A stretch of DNA of 64,000 bases. Source: Candidatus Cloacimonadota bacterium. Lineage in GTDB: Bacteria > Cloacimonadota > Cloacimonadia > JGIOTU-2. Of the stretch, positions 20,218 to 30,322 are shown piece after piece. The notes under the pieces are model-generated. The model saw only the letters and a list, made by a program, of their open reading frames with translations. It was not told the DNA's origin and ran no database searches. The position numbers were made by a program, and so were the translations under genes. Position 1 is the stretch's first letter. Each line of letters begins with the position of its first letter. The stretch spans positions 192,001-256,000 of the forward strand of contig JBNGBT010000002.1 of the NCBI GenBank assembly GCA_049903315.1, in the 5' to 3' direction.

Positions 20218-20881
20218 ATTTACACGCTCTTGCTCCAAATAATTTTGTGCCAATCCGTATGATATTCGCACCTTCTTCGATGGCAATTTTATAGGAATTG
20301 CTCATACCCATAGAAAGAAATTTCATTTCAATATTCGGAATGTCCAGCTTTGCAATATGATCGAAAATCTTCCGTGTTTCCACAAAATAGGAACGCGCAT
20401 CTTCAGGATCGCCGGTAAAAGGTCCCATAGTCATGAGTCCCATTATCTTTACGTGAGGAAGCAGTGCAATTTCTCTTATAAGTTGTTCAACATCTTCCGG
20501 CATCACGCCATTCTTCTGCGGTTCACGTCCGCTGTTTACCTCAATGAGGATAGACATAATTTTATTATTGAGCTCAGCATATTTATCAATTTTTCGTGCA
20601 AGTTTGAGGGTATCAACTGTCTCGATCATATCAAAAATTGGCACAACCTGTACAACTTTGTTACTTTGTAGATGTCCGATGAAATGCCACCGTGCTTTAT
20701 CACCAATTATTTCATGAACAGCAACTGCTTCCTGTACATAATTTTCACCAATTTTATTTATGCCTGCTTCTATTGCTTCAAGGATTTCCTCAGCAGTTCT
20801 CGTCTTGGCAGCAGCAACCAACTCGATGCCTTCAGGAATTTCGGAAAGTAAACGTTTAACATTCTCTGTTATTAAACTCAT
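20201..20881 (-). CDS. yggS: PLP homeostasis protein YggS
   Basis: GENYVQE, WHFIGHLQSNK, LSMGMS, RIGT.LFG. Confidence 0.96.
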   Translation of the reverse strand: MSLITENVKRLLSEIPEGIELVAAAKTRTAEEILEAIEAGINKIGENYVQEAVAVHEIIGDKARWHFIGHLQSNKVVQVVPIFDMIETVDTLKLARKIDKYAELNNKIMSILIEVNSGREPQKNGVMPEDVEQLIREIALLPHVKIMGLMTMGPFTGDPEDARSYFVETRKIFDHIAKLDIPNIEMKFLSMGMSNSYKIAIEEGANIIRIGTKLFGARACKYEAKR

Positions 20882-20900
20882 TATGTCCTTTCATAACTAA

Positions 20901-20966
20901 TCACACATTATGAACAACATTCATCTTGATGAACATTCCTTTGTCAACTCCTATCTCATTACATTG
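20901..20966 (-). repeat. Diverged orphan copy of the 3' end of gene 21895-22119
   Basis: Encodes NEIGVDKGMFIKMNVVHNV* versus NEIGVDKGRYIKMNVVQNV*; 54/60 nt identical. Confidence 0.92.
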
Positions 20967-21027
20967 AATATCCAATATCCAGCAAGGAATGTTCAATGAT
21001 GAAGTATTTTTCAGGAAAATTACTTAA

Positions 21028-21076
21028 AAATCATCAATCTGAAATCAATAATCTTAAATCATAAATCTCCAATCTT
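21028..21076. repeat. Degenerate 7-mer tandem array (xAATCxx, 7 units)
   Basis: aaatcat caatctg aaatcaa taatctt aaatcat aaatctc caatctt. Confidence 0.8.
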
Positions 21077-21181
21077 ACAACATGCTCATTGTTCTTAATT
21101 TTCAAAACGATATTTATAAAAAAGTAAGTTGCTGTAACCAGCAGAGTTATTTCTGTTAGCACAGTTATTTTTTTTTATTTT

Positions 21182-21841
21182 TCAAAAAACTATTGATAAT
21201 TGTATATTACATATAAACATTTTTATTCCAAAATCAGCCGAAATACGAAAAAAAGAATTTTTACTGATTTTAAAGCTGTATCCTCCACCAACTGTAACAT
21301 TTGGTAAGAAACCCACATATGCTAAAGAAGCCACATAATCACACCCGAGATTTACCGTAGTATAATAGCCTTTTCTATCTAAGTTTTTAAAATTGTTTAT
21401 AGCTATTGATATTCCAGTAATACCGACAGCTCTAAGTGCATTAGCGTGTAAAACTATTATATTCTCTTTAATATAACTGCAACTGTCGCTTGTGATCCAA
21501 CCATAGCCAAGATATATTCCGGGAATCAAACCGGGTGACAGACTGGCAATATAGCAACCTTTCGAGGAACGAATTTTTTCTCCTAAAGACCTAGGTTTTT
21601 CATTATGTGTAATATTATTTTCATCATCTAGAACATTTTCAGATTCATTGTTCAATGAGTAAAGATACAAATGATTATTGCTTGATTTATTAGTAAGCAG
21701 CTTGTTATATTCAAGATCAATAATATAAGCATTTCCAAAGTTATTATTTGAATCTGTCACTGTTGTGATAAGATTTGCTTCAACAAATACTACTAAGAAC
21801 ACAATTAAACCTACGATAATACCCATCAGTTTTTTAAACAT
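21182..21841 (-). CDS. AT-rich exported hypothetical protein, possible outer-membrane protein
   Basis: N-terminal hydrophobic segment, C-terminal Phe; visibly lower GC than neighbours. Confidence 0.7.
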   Translation of the reverse strand: MFKKLMGIIVGLIVFLVVFVEANLITTVTDSNNNFGNAYIIDLEYNKLLTNKSSNNHLYLYSLNNESENVLDDENNITHNEKPRSLGEKIRSSKGCYIASLSPGLIPGIYLGYGWITSDSCSYIKENIIVLHANALRAVGITGISIAINNFKNLDRKGYYTTVNLGCDYVASLAYVGFLPNVTVGGGYSFKISKNSFFRISADFGIKMFICNIQLSIVF

Positions 21842-21894
21842 TTTTTACTTCATACCCCCATTTTTAAATATAAGAATTCTTACTTTAAAGTTCA

Positions 21895-22119
21895 TCATAC
21901 ATTTTGAACAACATTCATCTTAATATACCTTCCTTTGTCAACTCCTATCTCATTTCCACATTGGCAGAGCACTTTATTGTTATTATAAATAGCGTCGTCT
22001 TCAATAATCCGCTTCTTATGGCAGCGTAGAATATGTCCTCGTCCTACTTTTTCATATTTGAATATTTTACTCTTGCATTTGTCGCACCTGATAATAATGA
22101 TGCGGGAACGGTCTGCCAT
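21895..22119 (-). CDS. Small Cys-containing (zinc-ribbon-like) hypothetical protein
   Basis: CDKC...C...CQCG; starts 1 nt after the helicase stop codon. Confidence 0.75.
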   Translation of the reverse strand: MADRSRIIIIRCDKCKSKIFKYEKVGRGHILRCHKKRIIEDDAIYNNNKVLCQCGNEIGVDKGRYIKMNVVQNV

Positions 22120-22120
22120 A

Positions 22121-25100
22121 TTAGAAAAGCTCTTGCTGTGAGTGTGGAGTTGCGGGTTTTTTCTTTTTCTTGTACTCTATCTTCTTTTCTTCAAGGAGTT
22201 CCTGCTCGATCGCTGTTATGAAAGGAGATTGCTTTTGTACATAGGATTTTCCATAGAGAAAGCGGTTTTGGGCATGTGTCAGATAAAGCTGATCTCTTGC
22301 ACGGGTCATGCCGACATAGAATAATCTTCGCTCTTCATCGATGTCGCATTTCTTATCTTCAAATAATGAATAGGGAAGTATCCCATTTTCGCATCCTGCA
22401 ATAAAAACGCAGTCGAATTCAAGCCCTTTTGCAGAATGGAGGGTGAGGAGGTTCACTCGTTCAAGTGTGAAATCACTCGTGTCCACGCCGGAACCAAGTA
22501 CCGTAAATTTCAGAAATGCATCGAAACCATCTCCAAAATTCTCGGCATAGTTCATGAGCTTTCTTATAGATTCATCCAATCGAATTTTCTCTTTGAAGAA
22601 TTTCTTGATGATCATGTCGAGTGCCTGCTGCACATCATTCTCAATAAGACAGATTTTAAGTTCAGTGAGATCGGGGATGGTCAGAATATTTCGCTTTATC
22701 AGTTCATCTATGAGAAACATATTTCTTGGATTGAGTGCAAGACGCAGCACATCGAGGATGGATTTCACCGGTTCTTCAAAAAATAAGGAATTCTCTGTTA
22801 CTTTTTGATAGGGAATGGAGTGGTCATTGAGTGCTTTTTCCAATGCAGGCATCTGCGCTTTAAGACGGCAAAGGATCGCCACATCGGACAAACTTGTTAC
22901 CCTTGAGCCTTCGCTTCCATCGGTGATGGAGCTGTCCATTGAGAAGAATCGTACGCCGCCAATCAATTGTTCGATTTCACGGGCAATGAACTCAGCTTCG
23001 CTTTTATCTGTGCCGTGAGAAGTAATATTGATCTTCACACCTTCATGCAGTCCGGAGAGCATTTCCTGAGCTTCAATAACCTGGTTGGATGCGCTGAGAA
23101 TTGTGTTGGAGCAGCGATAACTTTGCAAAAGTGAAACGATATGGGCTTGTGGATAATCCTTCTGGAATTTCTTGATAAAACCGACATCCGCACCACGAAA
23201 GCCGTAAATCGCCTGGTTTGGATCTCCTATCGCAGTTATGTTTGCCAGTTTTTCCGGTTTGATGAGTTTTATAAGCTGATACTGCGCTGCATTAATATCC
23301 TGAAATTCATCAATGAGAATGAACTGCAATTTTTTCTGATAATGTTGCCGAATTTTCTGTTCACTCTTTAAAAGCATGACCGGTTTGTAGATCATATCTT
23401 CAATATCAAAAAGATTAAATTGAAGGAGCGCTTTCTCATATTGCATGAAATATTCTTTGGTCGAATTTTTTCTTATTTTTGATTGAGGAATCGCTTTCTG
23501 CTTGATACGTGAAATTTCCTCTGAGAGCTGCTTTGCATCTTTTTTATCACATCCTGCTTTTTCAATAAGGAAACGCTGCTTATCTTGTTCATCAAGGATG
23601 CCGAATTGGGAATCCCGTTTGAAATATGCTGCATGTTCTTTCAGGATCGAGTAACCAAAGGAGTGGAAGGTTGATACCTGCAGTTCCTCTTTTGAAGTGT
23701 TATCGAGTATGTTATCGAGGCGCTCTTTCATCTCTTCAGCAGCTTTGTTCGTGAAGGTTACTGCGAGAATATTCGCCGGTTTAATACCAAGCTGTTTGAT
23801 GAAGTAGGCAATCCGTGCAGTCAGAGTTCTTGTTTTACCTGTTCCCGGTCCTGCGAGGATGAGGAGTGGTCCCGGATAGTATTGTACTGCGAGTTTTTGA
23901 TCTTCGTTGAGTTCCTCAAGAAAATCAGAAGGAGTTTGTTGAATTACCCTTTTTTCTTCTTTTTTTTTGAAGAATTCGGGTTCGTCCTCTTTTGTATGCA
24001 ATTTCTGAAATGATGCGATGTCAAAATTTATCAGCGGTTTTGAAGATGGAGGTTTAATTTCTTTTTTGAGATCGGTAAAGAGTGCTTCCTGGTTTTGCAG
24101 ATCCTTTATTTCTTCCCTTGTGAAAGTTCTGATTTTGCCGTATTCACCGTCAAATCCTTCTTCGATATGCACCTGTCCATTGCGCATCCTTCTGATAGAT
24201 TCTGTAAGGATTTCATTGGTTTTTTTCTGTACTTCATCAAGAGGAGTGTGGAGGAGAATATCAAATTCAGAGTCAAATTTCTGCAGCAAAGCATCATATG
24301 CTTGTGTGACTTTTTTGGAATTCTTTCCTACACCCAAAATTTCCGAAAGGATCTCATCCAAAGTGATAAGAGAATGGAATGTATGCCTGTGTGGTCGTGC
24401 TTCAGGATCAGCTCTGTCTGCAAGCTGTGCAACGCGATTGAGCACGCCGACTGTTACTTTTTTTCCACATACAGGGCAAATTCCTTTATGTATTAGGGTT
24501 TGAACAGGATCCCAGCTTATGCCGCATTTTCGATGTCCGTCATAATGATATTTTCCTTCCTGTGGAAAGAACTCGACCGTACCTAAAAACTGATCCTTAT
24601 TTCCTGATTTCATTGCCTTGTGAATGGCTTCATAACTGAGTTCAGTGTCGAATAGATTTGCTTCTCTGCCGAGTTTTGAAGGTGAGTGTGCATCGGAGTT
24701 TGAGATAAGTGTATATTTATCCAGGAAAGAGCACACCCAATTCATAGGAGGATCGGAAGAAAGTCCTGTTTCAACTGCAAAGATGTGCTCTGCAAGGTCT
24801 TCGTAGCATTCCTCGATCGTGTCGAAGCCCGATTTTGAACCGAGTGCAGAAAACCACGGTGTCCAGATATGTGCAGGAACTAGAAACGCATCATCCGAGG
24901 TTTCGAGAACAATTTCAAGCAGATCGCGTGAGTCAAGCCCAAGTATCGGTCTGCCATCAGAGGTTATATTTCCGATTTGAGAAAGCTTGTTTTGTATTTT
25001 TTCGACCGTGACAAAATCCGGCGCAAAAAGCACATTATGCACTTTTCGGACTTTTCCATTTTTTTTATAGATATTACTTATTTCCGCAGTCAAAATAAAG

Positions 25101-25339
25101 CGGGTGAGATTATTGCTTTGTACTTTTTGAAATTCATTTTTAAGTGTAAAAAGTCCCTGTTCAGCAGGTTCGAGTTTTTCTCTGAGTTCCTTAAGCCATC
25201 CGGGGTGTGAGAAGTCACCGGTTCCGACAACTGTGATTCCTTTTTTCTGCGCCCATTTATCGAGTTCTTCCGGGATCAGGTCTTTGCTCGTGGCAATTGA
25301 AAAATGCGAGTGAATGTGGAAATCTGCGATAAATTTCAT
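22121..25339 (-). CDS. Endonuclease Q (PHP-fold) / UvrD-PcrA helicase fusion
   Basis: ADFHIHSHFS, PAHIWTPW, SNSDAHS, GKYHYDGHRKC; AGPGTGKT, DEFQD, GDPNQAIYGFRG, HSAKGLEF, EERRLFYVGMTRA. Confidence 0.93.
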   Translation of the reverse strand: MKFIADFHIHSHFSIATSKDLIPEELDKWAQKKGITVVGTGDFSHPGWLKELREKLEPAEQGLFTLKNEFQKVQSNNLTRFILTAEISNIYKKNGKVRKVHNVLFAPDFVTVEKIQNKLSQIGNITSDGRPILGLDSRDLLEIVLETSDDAFLVPAHIWTPWFSALGSKSGFDTIEECYEDLAEHIFAVETGLSSDPPMNWVCSFLDKYTLISNSDAHSPSKLGREANLFDTELSYEAIHKAMKSGNKDQFLGTVEFFPQEGKYHYDGHRKCGISWDPVQTLIHKGICPVCGKKVTVGVLNRVAQLADRADPEARPHRHTFHSLITLDEILSEILGVGKNSKKVTQAYDALLQKFDSEFDILLHTPLDEVQKKTNEILTESIRRMRNGQVHIEEGFDGEYGKIRTFTREEIKDLQNQEALFTDLKKEIKPPSSKPLINFDIASFQKLHTKEDEPEFFKKKEEKRVIQQTPSDFLEELNEDQKLAVQYYPGPLLILAGPGTGKTRTLTARIAYFIKQLGIKPANILAVTFTNKAAEEMKERLDNILDNTSKEELQVSTFHSFGYSILKEHAAYFKRDSQFGILDEQDKQRFLIEKAGCDKKDAKQLSEEISRIKQKAIPQSKIRKNSTKEYFMQYEKALLQFNLFDIEDMIYKPVMLLKSEQKIRQHYQKKLQFILIDEFQDINAAQYQLIKLIKPEKLANITAIGDPNQAIYGFRGADVGFIKKFQKDYPQAHIVSLLQSYRCSNTILSASNQVIEAQEMLSGLHEGVKINITSHGTDKSEAEFIAREIEQLIGGVRFFSMDSSITDGSEGSRVTSLSDVAILCRLKAQMPALEKALNDHSIPYQKVTENSLFFEEPVKSILDVLRLALNPRNMFLIDELIKRNILTIPDLTELKICLIENDVQQALDMIIKKFFKEKIRLDESIRKLMNYAENFGDGFDAFLKFTVLGSGVDTSDFTLERVNLLTLHSAKGLEFDCVFIAGCENGILPYSLFEDKKCDIDEERRLFYVGMTRARDQLYLTHAQNRFLYGKSYVQKQSPFITAIEQELLEEKKIEYKKKKKPATPHSQQELF

Positions 25340-25343
25340 ACAA

Positions 25344-26453
25344 TTACGTCGCAGTTCGGAAAAGCCCAATCAAGCCGATAGTCCCAAATATAATATTCGC
25401 AAACCATGCAGCCATGACCGGTGAGAGCAATTCGTTATATCCGAGACTCTGTCCGAATCTCACCATTGAGATGTAAAAAAAACAGATCGCAATCGCTATC
25501 ACGAAGCTGATCCCGCGCGATTTTCCTCTTTTTGAGAGCGTTGCAAGGGGTATGCAGAACAGTATCATTATCATATTCACAAATGGATATGCTAATTTAA
25601 GATTCATTTCCACAAGTTCTTTCTGATGCTTTTCTCCGATCCTCCGCAAACGCTCCACATAATCCTGCAGCTCAAAAACGGTCATCTCATCTGGTTTTTT
25701 AGTACTCTTCACCAGATCCTGCGGCTGTATATGAATATCATCAAAAAACTGTTCCTCAAAATTTGTGAAGGATATGAGCTTGTTGTCTTCAAATTCACGA
25801 ATATACCCGTTATAAAAAGTGAGTTTCATCTCCTTACCATTCCTTATTGAATCAGCTTCCCAGAGTCCGTGCTCTGCGTGTATCTTTTTTATAATATGAT
25901 TATCATCATTAAAGATCGAGATGTCGATATTCTTTATTTTATCTTTATAGCCATCGAGAAAGCCGATGTAGTACAGTCGGTTTTTATCATCCTTATATTG
26001 AATATCGGAGCGGACACGGATATCGGATTTTTTTTGGTTTTTTATCTTAACTCTTTCGATATAAACACGCGTATCTTCTGCCCATGGCATGACAGTGTCT
26101 CCGAATACAAACAACAGGATTGTTACGAGAAATCCAAATGCAAAAAGCGGGACTGACATTCTTTTTATGCTGATGCCAGCGCTGCGGATTGCGACAGTTT
26201 CGTTATGTTTACCCATGTACTGCATCAGGAAAAGACCTGCAAGAAGGATAGCTACCGGTGAGGAGAGTACAACTATATAGGGAATTCGTAAGATAAAATA
26301 TGACACTACATCCCAGAATGCCGGCTCTTCACTGAAAAACCTACTCCATTTTTCAAAGAATTCTATCACCATAAATATCGCAGCAAAAGAAGCAAGAATG
26401 ACAAGGTAAAGACGGGCAAAACTTTTAAATAGATATTTATCAATTATTTTCAT
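25344..26453 (-). CDS. lptG: LPS export ABC permease LptG
   Basis: YjgP/YjgQ architecture, NE..A.RSAGIS, AAW.ANIIF. Confidence 0.85.
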   Translation of the reverse strand: MKIIDKYLFKSFARLYLVILASFAAIFMVIEFFEKWSRFFSEEPAFWDVVSYFILRIPYIVVLSSPVAILLAGLFLMQYMGKHNETVAIRSAGISIKRMSVPLFAFGFLVTILLFVFGDTVMPWAEDTRVYIERVKIKNQKKSDIRVRSDIQYKDDKNRLYYIGFLDGYKDKIKNIDISIFNDDNHIIKKIHAEHGLWEADSIRNGKEMKLTFYNGYIREFEDNKLISFTNFEEQFFDDIHIQPQDLVKSTKKPDEMTVFELQDYVERLRRIGEKHQKELVEMNLKLAYPFVNMIMILFCIPLATLSKRGKSRGISFVIAIAICFFYISMVRFGQSLGYNELLSPVMAAWFANIIFGTIGLIGLFRTAT

Positions 26454-27762
26454 AGGATGATTCTTTTTTCTGCTTACGCTTGAAGAAGTTCTTGAATTTT
26501 TCTATATGAATTACCTTTCTTTCGCGCATTGAATAGATCACAAGATAGATTCCGACCATAGTGAAAAGTATATTTGATATCCACATGCCGATAAAGGGTG
26601 AGATGATCATCTTGTCCGCAAGCTCCTCGCCAGCAAAAAGTGAGATATAATAAACAACAAACACGAGAGAACTTACAATGAAACCCATGCCAACGGAATT
26701 CGTCCTGGTCATCATGCCTATAGGTGCCCCAATGAGAATAAACACAAGGCAGGCAAAAGCGATGGAATATTTTTTATCGATCTCAACCTGGTATTTGCTG
26801 ATCTCTCTACTCAAGCTGTAAATGCGCTGGTCACGGACATTTATAAGATGTTTGAGTTTATTTATTTCTTCCTGAGTTCCCTGTTCGGGATTTTCTTCCA
26901 TTGCGAGAAGCTGCTCTTCATACTTCTGCTTATCATTGATCTTCTCCTGGCGCTGACGGTCGAGGTCTTCGATATGTAGCTTCATGTCTGAAGAACTCAT
27001 TTCCCTGTCACCGCGTTGCGCAAGATGTGCTTCACTTACGCCGATGCCGAGGTCGGGGATTTTTATTCTGTACTCTTTGAATACAATGGTTGTGTAATCC
27101 TGCGGATCATCTTTTGAAATTTCATGGATAAGTCCGTTGTACAATGTTGCATAAAGAGAGTTCCCACCATTGAATAATTCTATATTCCCGTACGCAGCGG
27201 TTATTGTTCTGGGATATTTGCCGTTGCTCTTATCATAAATGACAATGTCGTTGTATTTTTCACCATCTTCAGATTTGTCGTGATAATAGAAATTGTAATC
27301 TTTCAGTTCTGTAAAAAGTCCGGGCTTTAGTTCTGAAGTGGGTCTTCGCGTGCTTATTTTAATGAGGAGGTTTTTCAGTTCAAAATTGCTCTCCGGCAAA
27401 ATGTGGTCGTTGAAGTATATCATAAAAAGAGAGATGAGTATTGCAACGATCACGACCGGTTTCATCATTCTGTAAATATTGATGCCGCTTGCTTTGAAGG
27501 CGGTTATTTCGTTGTCGGATGAAAGCCGCCCAAAAGCCATAATGGTCGCAACGAGTACTGCCATAGGAATTGCGAGTGCAAGCATGAAAGGTAAACTTAA
27601 TACAAAAACCTGCGTGGTCGTCCAGAGGTCGAGGTGCTTGGTGATGATGAGATTCAGTAAATCAAGCACTCTGTCCAGCAGCATAATGAAGGTAATGACT
27701 ACGACGGATAGTACAAAGGGACCTGCATGCTCACGGAGAATGTATTTTGATAATATTTTCAT
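26440..27762 (-). CDS. lptF: LPS export ABC permease LptF
   Basis: GRLSSDNEITAFKASGI; KKYSIAFAC. Confidence 0.85.
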   Translation of the reverse strand: MKILSKYILREHAGPFVLSVVVITFIMLLDRVLDLLNLIITKHLDLWTTTQVFVLSLPFMLALAIPMAVLVATIMAFGRLSSDNEITAFKASGINIYRMMKPVVIVAILISLFMIYFNDHILPESNFELKNLLIKISTRRPTSELKPGLFTELKDYNFYYHDKSEDGEKYNDIVIYDKSNGKYPRTITAAYGNIELFNGGNSLYATLYNGLIHEISKDDPQDYTTIVFKEYRIKIPDLGIGVSEAHLAQRGDREMSSSDMKLHIEDLDRQRQEKINDKQKYEEQLLAMEENPEQGTQEEINKLKHLINVRDQRIYSLSREISKYQVEIDKKYSIAFACLVFILIGAPIGMMTRTNSVGMGFIVSSLVFVVYYISLFAGEELADKMIISPFIGMWISNILFTMVGIYLVIYSMRERKVIHIEKFKNFFKRKQKKESSYENN

Positions 27763-27835
27763 TGAACGACCTTAGCTGTGCAGTTTTTGAGACGTGAGAA
27801 AATTGTCAATTTTTGGGAAAAAATAACAAAGGATA

Positions 27836-28003
27836 TTAACCACCCGACTCCGTTCCGACATGTCTGGAACTACGCCGCGGCAGGCGAAAAACACGAAAAA
27901 ACACCAAACAAATACCACGCAAAGAGCGCAAAGAAAAGAAGACGCAAAGGACGCCCGGCTTCTTCCCGATGTGTCGGGACGGATACGCCGTGGCAAGCAG
28001 AGA
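27836..28003. repeat. Two copies of a ~42-bp palindromic element embedded in 9-mer (CACGAAA/CGCAAAG) arrays
   Basis: ccgactccg-ttccgacatgtctggaa-ctacgccgcggcagg (27844) and ccggcttc-ttcccgatgtgtcggga-cggatacgccgtggcaag (27955). Confidence 0.75.
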
Positions 28004-28206
28004 TTAACAATAATAACACAAAATATATCATTCCTGGGGAAGAATAAATACTGCATACTTCTAAGATCTAAAATCGTAGTTCGATATTCATTATTCGTAA
28101 ATATTATATTTTACATAGTGTTTGAAAAAAAGTAAAACAAAAAAATATAAATAAAGAAATTTTACTTTCATATCTTACCTTAGGTGAAATCCGTTTCATG
28201 TTCTTT

Positions 28207-28262
28207 ATCTGCGTTCATCAGCATTAGCTGCGAAAGCCGTAAGGCGAATCTGCGTGCTATTC
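28207..28262. repeat. Solo right arm of the GxxExxY-type repeat
   Basis: Ends atctgcgtgctattc, the exact reverse complement of 19052-19066. Confidence 0.75.
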
Positions 28263-28329
28263 CTATTTTAAGAATTCATGATGCATTTTTGTCTTGACAA
28301 GTTTCTGAGCAGATGATCCAATCATCATG

Positions 28330-28350
28330 AAACTGAAATAATTTCAGTTT
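28330..28350. promoter_or_regulatory. Perfect 10-1-10 palindrome between promoter and RBS, putative operator
   Basis: aaactgaaat-a-atttcagttt; TTGACA at 28294. Confidence 0.55.
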
Positions 28351-28366
28351 TGTAAAGAGAGGTAAA

Positions 28367-30319
28367 ATGGAAAAAAAGTTATTTTTATTGGTTTTATCTT
28401 TATTATGTTCGGGAATAGTTAACGCTGCCATCCTCAACGTGCCGTCTGAATATTATTCAATCCAAGCAGGTATAGACTCTTCATCAGTTGGAGATACCGT
28501 CTTAGTCCAACCGGGAACCTATGTGGAGAATATTAACTACAATGGCAAAAATATTACAGTTGCTTCATTGTTTCTGACGACGCAGGATACTACATATATT
28601 TCACAGACGATTATTGATGGCAATCAAAACGGGAGTGTTGTTATTTTCGAGAATGGAGAAGATTCGACAGCGATTTTAAGTGGATTTACAATTACCAATG
28701 GATATGCCGACATTCCATATGAATATGGAGGTGGTATTAATTGTTCGCAGAATTCTTGCCCTGAACTGAGTAATTTACTGATTTTTTCAAATTATTCAAA
28801 AGGCTGGGGAGGGGGAATCAGTTGTTGGAATGGTTCGAATGTTTATTTAAAATCCTCTAAAATTTATGATAATCATGCAGATCATGGGGGCGGTGTTAGT
28901 TGTTATAATTCGAGTCCTAGCATTTCTGATGTTTTAATAAGTAATAATTCGTCTGAGTTTTTTGGAGGTGGTTTTTATTGTAAAGAGTATTCTTCTCCCA
29001 CATTTACTGATGTAGAAATATCCAATAATATTGCATATCTTTGTGGAGGAGGTATAGCTTTATACCGGAATTCATCCCCTACATTTAACCATGTACGCAT
29101 AAACAATAATTATTGTGAAGATGATGACGGTTTGGGGGGAGGTCTTTTTGTTACTCGTTCATCAGTAAGTTTGTTCTGCGCGACAATTAACCAAAATACA
29201 GCAGCCCATGGAGGTGCAATTCGTTGTGCATTAAATGCAATTGTTGAAATAAATGATTCACATTTTTATGAAAATATCTCCTATTGTAATGCAGGATGTA
29301 TTTCATGTGATGATTCAGATATATTTATGAAAAGTTGTACTATTAACAGTTCAAATGCGTTAAGTTATGCGGGTGCCTTGTATATTTGGGATAGTTCTTA
29401 TGTAAAATTGGATAGTGTGGCTTTACTGAATAATATCTCAAGTGTAGGTGGTGGAATAAATGTCGAAAATTCAACGCTTGATATTTACAGCAGTTATTTG
29501 TATAACAATTCTGCTTGCGATGGGGGAGCAATAATCAGTTTTAATTCTGATTTGAATATCTTCAATAGTCTTTTTGTTGAAAATGGAACGTATGAAGGTG
29601 GGAGTGCAATTGATGCAAGAAATAGTACAGATGTGTATTGTTGTAATCTCACAACAACCGATAATTATGCTCAAACAAGCTGTGGTGGCATCAAGTGTGA
29701 TTCAAGTTCTGAACTTGAGATGTATAATTCTATCTTGTGGAACGACACACAACCCGAAATTATTGGTAATAATGTATCAGTAATGAACTCTGATATACAA
29801 GGAGATTGGACAGGTGTGGGAAATATTGATATTGATCCCATGTTTGCAGACACGTTGAATGAAGATTATCGTTTGACTGAGAATTCTCAATGTATAGACG
29901 CAGGAATACCAGACACGACAGGACTGGACATTCCATCGTGGGATATGGATGGTAATATTCGAGTATGGGATGGGAATGGTGATGGAATAGCGATCATTGA
30001 CATGGGAGCGTATGAATATGGAGCACCATCTTATTCAATTGATCCTCCAGACATTCCGCATACTGCAATGATTTGGAATTTCCCAAATCCAACCAAAAAT
30101 TCAACCACAATACACTATTCTCTCAAACAAAATTCTCATGTAAAAATCAGCATTTACAACGTTAAAGGACAGTTAACTTCAATAATTGTGAATGAAGAAC
30201 AAATCAAAGGAGAACATTCAGTAATTTATAATACTGAAAAATTAAAATCTGGAGTGTATTTTTATAAGATTGAAGCTGGAGAATTGTCAGAAATTAAGAA
30301 GTTGGTTGTGATAAAATAA
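28367..30319 (+). CDS. Secreted right-handed beta-helix (GGxI-repeat) protein with T9SS-A/FlgD-like C-terminal domain
   Basis: Signal peptide, repeated N.A..GGG motifs, IDMGAYEYG, NFPNP...GVYFY. Confidence 0.88.
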   Translation: MEKKLFLLVLSLLCSGIVNAAILNVPSEYYSIQAGIDSSSVGDTVLVQPGTYVENINYNGKNITVASLFLTTQDTTYISQTIIDGNQNGSVVIFENGEDSTAILSGFTITNGYADIPYEYGGGINCSQNSCPELSNLLIFSNYSKGWGGGISCWNGSNVYLKSSKIYDNHADHGGGVSCYNSSPSISDVLISNNSSEFFGGGFYCKEYSSPTFTDVEISNNIAYLCGGGIALYRNSSPTFNHVRINNNYCEDDDGLGGGLFVTRSSVSLFCATINQNTAAHGGAIRCALNAIVEINDSHFYENISYCNAGCISCDDSDIFMKSCTINSSNALSYAGALYIWDSSYVKLDSVALLNNISSVGGGINVENSTLDIYSSYLYNNSACDGGAIISFNSDLNIFNSLFVENGTYEGGSAIDARNSTDVYCCNLTTTDNYAQTSCGGIKCDSSSELEMYNSILWNDTQPEIIGNNVSVMNSDIQGDWTGVGNIDIDPMFADTLNEDYRLTENSQCIDAGIPDTTGLDIPSWDMDGNIRVWDGNGDGIAIIDMGAYEYGAPSYSIDPPDIPHTAMIWNFPNPTKNSTTIHYSLKQNSHVKISIYNVKGQLTSIIVNEEQIKGEHSVIYNTEKLKSGVYFYKIEAGELSEIKKLVVIK

Positions 30320-30322
30320 ATT

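Noticed and set aside
27772..28135. Short ORFs in repeat-rich intergenic DNA (also 2173-2388, 30262-30561, 32565-32894, 46308-46490)
   Set aside because: They are translations of palindromes and 9-mer arrays or overlap real genes; no recognisable domains.
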